A stretch of DNA of 64,000 nt from Eledone cirrhosa (lineage: Eukaryota): NCBI GenBank assembly GCA_964016885.1, contig OZ024741.1, forward strand, positions 82,150,001-82,214,000. The letters are read 5' to 3'. A model generated the notes under the pieces. That model did no database searches. It had not been told where the DNA came from and saw only the letters and a list, made by a program, of their open reading frames with translations. A program made the position numbers and the translations under genes. Shown here one piece after another: positions 1 to 12,294 of the stretch (position 1 is its first letter; the number at the start of each line of letters is the position of its first letter).

Positions 1-39
1 TGATCAGCTCGACATGTCTGGGAATATACAACATCAAAA

Positions 40-106
40 CCACCATCACCACAAATACCACTACTTAACCACATCCCACCAGCAGCAGCAGCACCATCAT
101 CATCAT

Positions 107-138
<32 letters not shown>

Positions 139-200
139 CCACTACCATCCACACCACCATGTCCAACACCACCATTATCCCACACCACTACCACCACTAA
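40..200. repeat. (CAT/CAC)n trinucleotide microsatellite
   Basis: catcatcat/caccac runs; these produce the His-rich pseudo-ORF 14..211. Confidence 0.9.
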
Positions 201-1061
201 CAACATTGTAATCCATTGGGTCCACCTTGTAACCCGCTGAACACCCCTGAATCACTTTACAGGAACACGTGCCTGTAGAATGCTTTACTGCCTTTTACTC
301 CATATAATATTTTCCTGAAATCTTAACTTATAAATTATATACAGTTCTTTATTGTAAAACCTCATCTTATATATTCCATTTATTACATGTTTTACTCCAA
401 TATATTCAGATCTACATATACAATTTAAACTTTACATATATCTCTAAATTCTGCGTGTATCCAACTCAGAATAAGTACACCGTTTTCCCGTGTCGTAAAA
501 TGTGACAGAAAGAATAGGTTACGATGGGCATCGAGCTGTTAAAAATTGTTCTCCAAACCTTTAATCCCTACTATGACAAATCACATGGTTTTAAGTTTCG
601 GGTTTTTGTTATAACTTTATAAAACAGTGAGGGCTTTGGTCTTGTTTGTTCCGTACGGCAATGTAAATAAAAAAATGTAAAAAAAACAATCATGAGATCA
701 GACTAAGGAAATAAAGTGTTCATTGGTCTTTCCATAGATAATTCTATTTGCCGGTTGCTATTTCAGTTGGATCAGATATCGAAAATCTTCACGTCACACT
801 CTTCAACAATTCCATTAGGGCTGATACTATATTTATCAACACCAACATAATGATACTTAATTTAATCTCAACTTGATGTGAACTGAGGGCGCAGTAATCC
901 GCCTCTTTTGTTTTATTCATAAACCAGTATACAAGGTGTTTAATTCATTAACGATTTATATAATTAACGCACATACACATCTGTGTGTTACAGTTCCATC
1001 GCTTCCAATGACAAGTGTTCAGGTTGTTTGCTTAATAGAATGCCTATATATGAAAATAATA

Positions 1062-1275
1062 TGCAGGTGGCTAAGCATTATACATACACGACTAATTATT
1101 GCGTAATTCTAAGGGAGATTCTGCTTGACACATTGGGTACAACTCTTTTATTCAGAGAGAGTGTACTAGAGTAGAGTGAATTAAAGTGTCCAGCTGAAGA
1201 ACACAACGCACAGTCAGGAATCGAATTCACAGACATTCGATCAAATGCTCTAAGTCTAATCATTTCACAACAGGA
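1062..1275 (-). mobile_element. Degenerate tRNA-derived SINE
   Basis: The minus strand has a B-box-like gaattcgattcc followed by gcgttgtgttcttcagctggacacttta; shares gcaggtggct(a/g)agcatt with the copy at 27072. Confidence 0.55.
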
Positions 1276-1489
1276 ACATCTACAGAACAGTTGATAATAT
1301 GAATTTTACAAAATATACACATCATATATGAGACGATATATTTATAAAAGTATTTGGGAAACTTTGCAGATGAAGAGACAACAGAACGCGATGGAGAGAT
1401 TAGCTGGACAGTAGACAGAGTGAGAAAGAGGGAAGAGAAGGTGAGTTAGAAAGAGAGAGATAGAAAGAGATTGTTTTTGATGTTGATAG

Positions 1490-1765
1490 TTTTCATCATA
1501 ATAATCCTCGCTGCCATCATAATCATCAGCACCAACATCAACATCATCATTATCACCCCACCAAATATATCACAATAATCACCCCTACCACTATTACAAC
1601 CATTACCACCCCAGCCAACATCATCAGCTTCACCACCATCATCAACACCATCCTCAACATCCTCATCATCATCACCATTTCCTTATTCGTTATCATCATC
1701 GCCACCACAACCATAACAATAACAAGCTTCACGATCAACGTCAGCATCATCACAATCATCATGAA
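1490..1765. repeat. Degenerate (CAT/CAC)n low-complexity repeat
   Basis: Visible triplet periodicity. Confidence 0.8.
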
Positions 1766-1968
1766 AATAAGTGAGATAAGTAATAAGTTTCCTGGACTGA
1801 ACTGAATATATTTAAAAAAATAAATTATTGTCAGTTATTGGTTGGTATCTTCGAGCAAACAAGGAGCGGAACTTCAAACAGACTCTTGATGTGCTTATGT
1901 ACTTTTGATGTGCTTATTTACTTTTGTATTGAGTTGTTAACACTATGGTATTGAATTATCTTTCCCTT

Positions 1969-2130
<162 letters not shown>

Positions 2131-2729
2131 TTTCTTCCAATTATTTTTCTTTTAGACGGTTTGTAAGCTTCAATATATTCTGATGATAAAGAAAGACTTC
2201 ACACCTGAGGAAAATCAATAGTTAATAGTATATAGAGTATATAAAGTATATAAAGTATATAGAAATAGTTGTGTACTAATCCAATGGGGAAAAGCATATT
2301 TGCTACTTAGATTTATATAAGGTGATGTTTTCTTCTTTTTTCTGATCACCGTTATTTTCTTTTCTTGCCTTCTCTTCTTTTCATCATACCATGGAAATGG
2401 GTGATTTAGAGAATGTAGAAACTTGCATTAGTGCTTCTAGCAGCTAGTTTTTATTTATGATTGTACGTATTGCATGATAGCAGCAACCATGCAACCATGT
2501 AATGCAAGAGACACTGTGGCTGCAACGTGAAACTGTTGTAGCATTGATATCATTGTTCGTGTATTTGAAGCTTTAATATTGTTGTCATTGTGCTGTGCAA
2601 CTTTCTGAAAGATATTTGAATTATTATTAGCTATTCTCGAATTAGGTGGAATCTAGTTCTGTTGGTTTCATAGACGTTTAAATGTAAGAAGGAAATGTAA
2701 AAATTGTGCTAGGAATAAAGTTACTCTTT

Positions 2730-2912
2730 ACTGGCAGTTTCGGTAGAAGGTCAGATGCCATGCTTGGCAACATAGTGTTACGCCTCTTTATAGTTTGAGT
2801 GCAAATCTCGCAGACGTTCACTTCGCCATTTATCCTTACGGGGTCGATAAAATAAAGTACCAGTAATGTACTGGAATAATTGGTGGTCTTGTACCAAAAC
2901 TAGAAACAATTA
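2730..2912 (+). mobile_element. Cephalopod-type tRNA-derived SINE (family A)
   Basis: Core atccttacggggtcgataaaataaagtaccag and tail tagaaacaatt shared with five other copies in the window. Confidence 0.85.
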
Positions 2913-3045
2913 TATGTATACATATATACATGCACTACAGTATGGGAAATGGCAGTGTCTCTAGTGTAAGATAAAACCAGCACACAGTTCTATTTTCAAC
3001 AGAACACACACACGCACGTATCATATATATATGTACATAAATATA

Positions 3046-3091
<46 letters not shown>

Positions 3092-3837
3092 TATACATAT
3101 ATATATATATACAGTGGGAGTGCATATGTGTGCGAGTGAGGGCATTACTTATTCCTTTCATTTGTAAATTAAAATATATCGTTACATGTGCTTTATTATC
3201 AAACCATTTACAAGAGCTATAATCACTTTTTATAACGCGTCCTTCATTTTATTCTGATGTAGGATCTTGTCAAGGGACCAATTGTTGATAATATAGTCAT
3301 GGTTAGAATCCCTTTGATCATTGGTCAAAACTGCTCTATGATTTATTTTTTTATTTATCTATTTGAACCAATCTAAACGCCCGTAGACAACCCTGGGTAA
3401 GTTACATAATACAGATTGAAATAAAGAAACAGAAGCAAGATAGAGAGAGAGAGAGAAAATATATATATATATAGAGAGAGAGAGGGGGGGGGGAAGAGAA
3501 GTAAGTGGATGAATACAGAGGCAAAGAAAAAACAACAACATAAATAAGCAAAATGTGAAAAGGATGATGAAAAACGTGTAACATAACCTCGATGTATTGG
3601 AATGCAACATGAAATGAACAATCACTTTCTTGCAAATTGACTTTTTTGTTTTCATCGCAGAAAAATCTTATTAATATCAAGAGGACATAAAAAGAAGAAA
3701 AGCAGGGGATTAGTTGGAGAGAATAGTGGGAAAGTAATAGTGGAGAAGTAATGAAAAAGATGAATTGAAATAGTCGAACGGAATTTGTGTATGCTTATTT
3801 GCGCTTGTGAAAGGCGACGAGTGAAAATGTATGTGAG

Positions 3838-3878
<41 letters not shown>

Positions 3879-3984
3879 GTGTTGTGAATGTGTGTGTGTA
3901 TGATGTATGTATGTAACTATTGTATTTATCTATCTCTATACATACATACACACACAAACACATACACACACAAACACACACACA

Positions 3985-4022
<38 letters not shown>

Positions 4023-4032
4023 AACCAGTAAG

Positions 4033-4126
4033 ACCCCGACAGCTGAGCTCAAGCCGTTTCGACGGCTAATTCTGGACTAAATGAACATTTATCCTGGTAT
4101 TTAAATAGCCGATCTTCTCAAGGGGT
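4033..4126 (-). ncRNA. Type I hammerhead ribozyme (inverted pLTR copy)
   Basis: Reverse complement of 6213-6306. Confidence 0.75.
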
Positions 4127-4379
4127 AATTCCATATATGGTCAAAGTGATTGTCAAAAATCAGTAGTAATTCTGTGGTTGCAAATTAGTAGGGGAGATGG
4201 TGGCTAAACCTGCCAGTAGGAGAAAGAGGGGAGGGGGTGGAGTAGACCCAATCAAGCGTTGGTAGTGCCAGCTACAGCTGGGCATGAGGTCAAAGAAGAT
4301 ACAGGGGCGGGGGAGGGGGAGGAAGTCGGAACGGTAGGTAGAACAATGGGGGGTAAAAATAGGAAAGAAAAAATACTGT

Positions 4380-5114
4380 CCAGATCCCATTAGCGGAACC
4401 AGCAGGAGACACCGCCGCTCACGCAATGTAACATGGTTCAATCCTCCCCACAACGCAGAGGTGACTACTCCCATCGGGAAACTATTCTTTAGGCTCATTG
4501 AAAAACACTTCCCATTACAACACCGCTACCACAACATAATTAACAAAAATACCATCAAACTCTCTTACAGCACTACACCAAACTTCGCACAAAACATCGT
4601 CTCCTCTAACAACAAAAAACTCAACCCCGATGGCAGAAATAACCTAAATAGCAGTGGAGAACCGACCAGGAGGTGTAACTGCCCGGATAGATCTATTTGC
4701 CCACTCGACAATAGATGCAGAGACCGTAATGTGATCTACCAGTGCAACGTGAGGACGGATACCTCCAACAAAGCCTATATAGGACTTACCGCATGTGACT
4801 TCAAGACCCGGCTATACCAACATAGACATACCTTCCGAAACCCGGCCCGGCGTCACGCCACTACACTTTCGGGCCACATATGGGACCTCAAGGACAACAA
4901 CATCACCTATGATCTCACTTGGAGATTACTGTCCAGAGCCAATTCTTACACGGGAGGACGCCGTCCGTGCAATTTATGCTCGGAGGAAACTTTACAAATG
5001 CTGTTTTCGACGGACCAACTCCTAAACAAGAAAGATGAACTGGTTACTGCATGTAAACATAGATTGCGTAGGACTTACCTCGCCCTCAAACCCCATAATG
5101 ACCCGGGGGGGTAG
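4380..5114 (+). CDS. C-terminal part of PLE polyprotein (end of RT region, linker, GIY-YIG endonuclease); 5'-truncated but uninterrupted
   Basis: WFNPP, TIKLSYS, CNCPDRSIC (CxCx5C), VIYQC...AYIGLT...FKTRLYQH, CNLCSEE, LLNKKDEL...CKH. Confidence 0.88.
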   Translation, partial: PDPISGTSRRHRRSRNVTWFNPPHNAEVTTPIGKLFFRLIEKHFPLQHRYHNIINKNTIKLSYSTTPNFAQNIVSSNNKKLNPDGRNNLNSSGEPTRRCNCPDRSICPLDNRCRDRNVIYQCNVRTDTSNKAYIGLTACDFKTRLYQHRHTFRNPARRHATTLSGHIWDLKDNNITYDLTWRLLSRANSYTGGRRPCNLCSEETLQMLFSTDQLLNKKDELVTACKHRLRRTYLALKPHNDPGG

Positions 5115-6212
5115 ACTAGGGCTATAACACCCCAGTTGCCGATTTTGCAATGGGTAACCCCTGCTTGCCAAGGAAGACGTAAGATCTTCTTTGTATTCTT
5201 TTATCGCATCCTTTATTTCCTTCCCCCCTCTCTCCTTTGTCCTTCTACCCCAGCTCTTCTCCTTTGTCGGCGTCTTTTCTCGCCCACCCGAGGCTGCCCT
5301 TTGGCCCCATGTAGCCTTAGTACCCCCACTCCCCCCTCCCCTAGTCCTTGATAGATTTGGCGGACTCCGCCCTTTATAGCAGTTGGCTTAGACCCCGGAT
5401 ACTTGCCCCCCTTTTCCGACCGCTCCCACTATTCTCTGTGCCCTCTATATTTCTTAGTGGCACTTATGCCTTATTTTTTCGTTTCAGTATTTCTTGCTTC
5501 GCTTTTCTTCTGGGCGGGGTGGATTCTGAACTTATTTCTCCGTATTCTACCTTTATTTCGTACGAACTTTCATGTAGCTTGTTTTAGATCTTTTAGAGTT
5601 AGCATTAGTATATATTTTTCCCGGGACTCAGAATTATTATGTCGTACAAGTTCACTTTGCTGCACTGGGTCGTTGCTGGCCCGGGATGGAAACCTTTATT
5701 GTTTATTTCGTGGTAGTCTCTTTAGTATTTTGGCCCCTTTTGTTGACCAGTCACCGTATCATTTACGTACTTATACCTCTTAAAAGGGTCCTTGCCTAAT
5801 TCGTCCCACCTAGTTCTTTTACTTATTTCCTTATTTATTTATTTATTTATTTATTTACTTCTTTCTTTCTTTCTTTATTTTATTCTCGCCTAACAATAGC
5901 CTGACACCTAGGTCGTAGAATTTAATTTTTTCTTTACACTTATTTGCTTTTCTTCACTCTCAGTATTTTTTCTTTCCTATTTTTACCCCCCATTGTTCTA
6001 CCTACCGTTCCGACTTCCTCCCCCTCCCCCTCCCCTGTATCTTCTTTGACCTCATGCCCAGCTGTAGCTGGCACTACCAACGCTTGATTGGGTCTACTCC
6101 ACCCCCTCCCCTCTTTCTCCTACTGGCAGGTTTAGCCACCATCTCCCCTACTAATTTGCAACCACAGAATTACTACTGATTTTTGACAATCACTTTGACC
6201 ATATATGGAATT

Positions 6213-6306
6213 ACCCCTTGAGAAGATCGGCTATTTAAATACCAGGATAAATGTTCATTTAGTCCAGAATTAGCCGTCGAAACGGCTTGAGCTCAGCTGT
6301 CGGGGT
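6213..6306 (+). ncRNA. Type I hammerhead ribozyme, U3-A8 core variant
   Basis: Stem I acccc/ggggt; core TTGAGAA; stem II ga(t)cggcta/tagccgtc; GAAA; stem III acggct/agctgt; GUC triplet, predicted cleavage after 6301. Confidence 0.78.
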
Positions 6307-6397
6307 CTTACTGGTTCCTATTACCCACTCTACTACCTCAAGTATTGAGTACTTTGGTGCGTTATGGTCCACCTGGTTCCTTACCACATTTCCTTCG

Positions 6398-6457
<60 letters not shown>

Positions 6458-6859
6458 GGAAATAATAAAGATTTGAAGATGAGCCTTATGATTCTTATGT
6501 ATACATGCGAATGTATAGTACCCAAGAAGAAAAACAAATTAGCTCATAGAATATGAATTAACATCTATTTTTTTAAATAATGAATTCGTTTGCAAAAATG
6601 GTCATTATTATCCAATTCATTTTCGTGCTAACAACTTTCTGTATGAGTAGTATTTCAAAGTTCCATATTAACCCGTAATGATATTCAATATATTTAACGT
6701 GTTGGCTGCGTGTAGCTTATACCCTTTCTAAGTCAAGGAACGCAACTCTGGCTTCGCTCTCTATTGAATTAGATGACATATGTTTGCTGAGTTCACTTTT
6801 AGGTTGTATTTACTTATAAATTATACTTCCTTATAATACGTCGTTGTTCGCTGTCGAAT

Positions 6860-7225
6860 TTCTACATTGTTAAAATGGGAAAACGACAAATTTTCCTCCT
6901 CCGAAACTCAGGAGGGAAAAAGACCCCCATTCGGTCACTAATGCCCGTGGGATGTGCACCTAGAAAGTTTCCCTCCGAGGCCCACTTTCGGGCAAGGTAT
7001 GTTTGTGTAAGACCAGCTGCCGCCCATGCATACCAGTCCTCCCTCTCTAAGCCACCGATTTTGTCCACGGGAAAGGTAATGCTCGATGCAGCTTGGCACC
7101 AGTGACGCCCTAACTCTCTTCTACAATTGAAAAAACTAGAGCAACTTTGCTTAACGATACACCCGGTCCGAGAATCGAACTCACACCCATCTGATTGTAA
7201 GCCCAATGCTCTAGCCAATAAGCCA
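6860..7225 (-). mobile_element. tRNA-derived SINE (family B)
   Basis: The minus strand begins with a tRNA-like head (ggctagagcattgggc...gagttcgattctc B box) followed by a structured GC-richer body. Confidence 0.7.
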
Positions 7226-9420
7226 TGAACGTTCACCGAAACTTAGTTTATGGTCCTCTATAATAATTTTGTAAGGCAACTAATACATTCTTCAGATTGT
7301 TTCATAAACGGATGTTTATTTAAATTGCTAAAAGTCTTTTATCACATATGCTGTCTTTAGCGATAACTACTTTCGCCCTGTTTCACTCCTGTTCATTTTC
7401 ATTTTGTTCTAGTAACACACAACAGAAAAACAATACACACACCTCACACATACATACACACGCACCCCACCCACTACGCACAGACACACATATATATATA
7501 TATTGTCATACTTTGGGAGGGACGCACCTCTTGGCTTTCACTTTAATTTATTACGAATTTCCAGTTGGTTGGTTTAATAATCAGATGGTTATTTGTTTAT
7601 TGTCACATTCTGTGACCTCTTCAGTGACTAAATTGATATTTTGTGTCTTTCTTTTGTCTGTCTTACACTAATCAACTGGAAATTTGTGATAAATTGAAGT
7701 GAAAAACTTCAGGTACGTGTGTTTTTATTGGCAGCATGACCTTCCCAAAGTATAACAATATCTATTTCAACAGACGTTTTCAGATAATACTTTTTAGGAA
7801 TTTAACGATTAGCTATCGATGGGAGTAAGAAGTCTTATGGGCAATACCCACCCCCTCTTACCTGCTGCACACAAACTGGCATACCAATGAAATCTCTTTA
7901 CAAACACCATGGACTCTATTTCAACCCCTATCTGAACATTATTCTTCGTATTTTTCCATCTCTATTTTCCTAATGCATAATTTATATTTAGACACATCTG
8001 TACCTGTTTGGATACCCTTGTGCAGATACCAGATTATTGTTTAATATTCCCTTGCATATATTTATTTTCCTTTTTTATATTATAGGTACTTATCGTTTTC
8101 TTTTCTCAATCATTATCTTTATATCTCGTATATTGTTCCAAACCATGCTTTTTTTCTTATACTGTACGACTATGACCCTACCCTAATTAACTCAATCTTT
8201 TACTTTAATTTATCTCTAATTCCTTCTCATTCTGATATGTCCTTGAGGTTACCTTAATAAGACTCTACCTAATTTACTGTATTTTAATTTATCTCTAATT
8301 CATCTTCTCGTGTCTCATTTAGACAATCACTTTAACTTAAATTAAGTTAGCCTACACTATCTAATAGTTAACGGAACCACATACTAGCTCCTTGCCGATT
8401 AGGCACTTGGCCCGAATAACTTGATAGGTTTCTCATGTATATTTGATTCAAACTTAGGGGAACAATTCTACTACCCATCCCCTTATCTTACATTCCCTAT
8501 ATATTGTAGGATTTCACTTTGATGTCCAGCTCATCAATTACACGAGTCTCTTGGAGGCGAGGAAACGAACATATGGATGTAATCCGTAGAGCTTGATTAA
8601 ACGGGGAACTAGCGAGGAGTGGGTCTATCATGCTTCCACCGATTTCGAACCTGTTACACCATAACGATATAACAACTACGTTATATAGTCTGGTTTATAG
8701 TTTAGGCTTACAGGCATCTATCTTTCCATTATAATTATATTTTCCCCACATATCTATACTTTTAATATAACTATTACTTTTAATTTATTACTTATATATT
8801 GCTTCTTGGTATAGGTTGTAATATTCACAATTGTTGCAGATCTGCTGACAAAGTGGGGTTGGGGGAGGGGGGGAGATGGCTATCACTACTATAACAACTA
8901 CTGACTGCCAGAGAGGATGGCAATGGTCTACTAGATGATTTCGTTACAACAACGATGTCTTACAACACTAAACATTCCGCGATAGTGACGTGAGAGTGTG
9001 ACTGACCAGCACTTCTGCTATAATTCTTAGGGTCATGCAGGGACCAGCCCACGAAGAAACAACACTACACGTTCGGCCGTCACCTTGTATCAAGAAAAGA
9101 ACATTTCTTGCAAGGAAGTTCTTGGATTTTTTAAAAAGATTTCCTTGAGGAACTTTCAATGTTTTCAAGTTGTTATAAGTTGTGCTGTCCGAAGAGCTTA
9201 AGCTATTGTAACTGAGTCTTCAGTGAAATATGTATAATCGAGTTTTAAATAAACCTGAATCAACAGATTATGGCCTCCGATCTTTTAATAATATACATTG
9301 CCCCGGCTTGCACCAGTGTTGAACGCTTCTTTTTATCTGCTTCACAGCCGACTACGATAATGCGATCCGTACATCTCTTATCGGTTACCCGTGTATATAT
9401 ATATTTTTTTTTTTAAATAT

Positions 9421-9530
9421 AGAAAAGCTTCTACAGTACTAGAACTGTTTCATTTGTGAGAAATAATCCTCACGAATGAAACAGCTCTAGTATATTAAAA
9501 CATTTATACTCTACTATGTATTAAGTACCT
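9421..9530. mobile_element. Fold-back remnant of a PLE pseudo-LTR end
   Basis: Hairpin 9437-9492; the minus strand reads GAAAcag-ttctagta-ctgTA, the 3' half of a hammerhead; (TA)n runs nearby on both sides. Confidence 0.55.
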
Positions 9531-9584
9531 TACTTTCTGTGGTAACCCCCGATTCAACCCGGAATAAATTATATATATATATAA

Positions 9585-10478
9585 ATCTAAATGGCGAGCT
9601 GTGTTGTTCCAATTAAGTATAATGAAAAATAAGAAATTAGAAGTTAGGATTATCCATCATCAGTTGTCTACTAGGCGTCATAGGCATTTCTTCGCATTAA
9701 ATACAAGATACCTCGGCCTAGGGCGAAACAATAACTAAAGTAAGTTATTGGGATAAAAAGAGTTGGGTGGAGAAAGAGAAGGACATATAAACAGACACGA
9801 TGGTTGAGGCAACGCAAAGAGAGGAAAAAGGAAAGAATCAAGTCAATAATACATCATTTCAAACATAAGAATACGCGAATTTTGACGAGGAGAAAAAGAC
9901 TACGTCTTGACCGTCCGGGTGTGAGCAAGAAAGACCGCGTACAGAGTTGGACGATGGAGGAAGTGAGAGAGAGGGTGATTGGCAGAGAGTGAGTGAGGGA
10001 AAGTGCGCGGAAGAGGCAAGCCGAGAGAGGGGGGTGTAAAAGAGGGGGTGAGTAAAAGTAAGAGGGAGAAGGAGCGAGAGAAGGGAGAGAGAGAGAGAGA
10101 GGATAGCAGCAAGGGAAGAGAAAAAAAGACAGATCACAGCAGAGGGGGAAGAATATATGAATCAAAATGGTGAGCTGTGTGTTGCCATTAAGTATAATGA
10201 AAAATAAGAAATTAGAAGTTAGGATTATCCATCATCAGTTGTCTACTAGGCGTCATAGGCATTTCTTCGCATTTTTCCTCTCCTTACGTTGCCTCACCAT
10301 TCGTGTCTGTTTACATGTCCTTCTCTTTTTCCATCCACTTCTTTTTATCCCAAAAACTTACTTTAGTTATTGTTTTGCCCTAGGCCGAGCTATCTTGTCT
10401 TTAATGCGAAGAAATGCCTATGACACCTAGTAGAAAACTGATGATGGATAATCCTAACGTCTAATTTCTTATTTCATG
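9585..10478. mobile_element. Non-autonomous PLE-like element built from direct and inverted pLTR copies
   Basis: 9589-9698 repeats directly at 10165-10272; 9620-9770 is inverted at 10330-10475; CTGATGA at 10438; (TA)n flanks. Confidence 0.7.
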
Positions 10479-10503
10479 ATATATATATATATATATATAT
10501 ATT

Positions 10504-11990
10504 TATAAATTACACAATTATCAAAGTTATGTTCAAATCATTTTATTGCTGACAATCGTTTCTTCCAAACTTTCGTTTCGAATCATCGGAGCATTAGCAA
10601 TGTTTGTACATATAATTAACCTCCTATTCAACTGAACAATCATATAGTTACATATATATTAATGTTGGGAACAACAGTTTCGTATTTACAGGGTGTAATT
10701 GATGCGACATATATTATACGAGAATTTTACAATAATTCAAATTAAAGTTACTACTATAGCCAACTTATATTTATACAGTAATATATATATAATATGTAGA
10801 GACATTTAATGTTATATGTGATAATAAATTATATATACATTTATAATTAAATATATAAATTAATAGCATTGTATATAAGGGATTAACTTTTAACACAATA
10901 TTATGTATATTATTAACACAAGGGATTTAACTAATTGGACATGTAAACAGCTATACATTTTTCCATAACTTATATCTTGTCCAGTAATGGATAGATAACA
11001 ATCTAATGAGACCTTTAATTTATTATAGGAAAATAGACTGTATTTAAAATTAAATACAAATATATAATATTATGTAGAATTGTAACACAATATAATGTAT
11101 ATTAGAGCAAATAATTGGAATAATTGATACTTTCCTATATAATTTAATTTAATTTAATTAGCTCCCCTTACATTTGGATCTCATACTCACTTCCGGAAAT
11201 TAAACGGTTAGAATAACTCGCTGTAGAACAACTCTAATCAATGAATAAGAATACAATAAGACCAATTTACAATCCATTGCTGTAACTAACTAAAAACATT
11301 CAATATAAACATTAACTAAAATATAATTTAACATATGTAATGGAAAAGAAAACAATAAGTTTGATACTCGCAACACATACAAATTTGAACACTACAGAAA
11401 CTATCATCACATTACATCCACCGTAAATTTTAATACACTAACACATTTGCTTAATATGCTTATATTTTATGTGATACCTTTGCCATACAGTATTTATATA
11501 TGCCTAATACCTTTGCTTGTTTCCTTCTCATATATATGACTAACGCATGTGCACTTTCTACACGCTTGCATATGTACTGCTAGTGTCCTCATTCTTTCTC
11601 AATGCCTATTTAATTATTATACTATTCTCTTGTATTATCTGTCGGATGTAATCCACTTTGTGCTTTTAACTTTAATTTGAATTATTGTACAATACTCGTA
11701 TAATATATGTCGCATCCATTACATCCTGTAAATACGAAACTGTTGTTCACAACATCAATATATATGTATCTATATGATTGTTCAGTTGAATAGGAGGTTA
11801 ATTATATGTACAAACATTGCTAATGCTCCGATGATTCGAAACGAAAGTTTGGAAGAAACGATTGTCAGCAATAAAATGATTTGAACATAACTTTGATAAT
11901 TGTGTAATTTATATTCCTGCTCTGTAAAACACCTGATGTTCTTACATTGAGCTATTTCTCTTACTGGTAATAAGGTAGTAATAAATTACT
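10504..11990 (+). mobile_element. PLE-derived element with ~245 bp inverted pLTRs
   Basis: Inverted repeat 10504-10750/11667-11913 containing a hammerhead; the right copy probably extends into a tail. Confidence 0.8.
11824..11870 (+). ncRNA. Minimal type I hammerhead ribozyme (CCGATGA core variant); inverted copy at ~10545-10591
   Basis: tgct-CCGATGA-ttcgaaac(gaaa)gtttggaa-GAAAc(gatt)gTC-agca. Confidence 0.75.
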
Positions 11991-12068
11991 GACCTTTCCT
12001 GTTTATAGTTGTTTATAGTATATACATAACTATAAATAGTATCATTATTATTATTATTATTATATAAT

Positions 12069-12268
12069 GGCGGTGGATTGGCAGTATCAGTAGAGGGTCG
12101 GACGCCATGCTTTGACGCATAGAGTTACGGCCCTTGCCATTCTGAGTTCAAATCCCGCCGAGGTTAACTTTGCCTTTCATCCTTACGGGGTCGATAAAAT
12201 AAAGTACCAGCAATGCACTGGGTAATTGCTGGCCTTGTGCCTAAAGTAGAAACAATTATTATTATTAT
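12069..12268 (+). mobile_element. SINE family A, full length
   Basis: ggcggtggattggcag head, B box gagttcaaatccc, shared core, (ATT)n tail. Confidence 0.9.
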
Positions 12269-12294
12269 ATATATTTATATATATTTATTTATCG

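Larger units (their letters stand above)
4019..6399 (+). mobile_element. 5'-truncated Naiad-type Penelope-like element with inverted 5' pseudo-LTR, inserted in (TA)n
   Basis: Near-identical ~360 bp inverted repeat 4019-4378/5961-6320; GIY-YIG ORF; hammerhead in the pLTR; (TA)n on both flanks. Confidence 0.9.

Noticed and set aside
14-211. His-rich ORF, and other low-complexity ORFs such as 1945, 28351, 34576-35076 and 47810-48313
   Set aside because: Translations of microsatellites; no coding signal
480-545. cccgtgtcgtaaaatgtgacagaa, resembling an RTE-type 5' ribozyme motif
   Set aside because: Too degenerate to fold
4380-5300. Selenoprotein Naiad (in-frame TGA at Cys positions plus SECIS), reported for some Naiads
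   Set aside because: No in-frame TGA in the retained fragment and no SECIS evident; the missing 5' part cannot be assessed
6915-7000. HDV-like ribozyme in the SINE B body (gtgacCGAAtggggg on the minus strand)
   Set aside because: Could not assign P1, P2 and P3 in the required order
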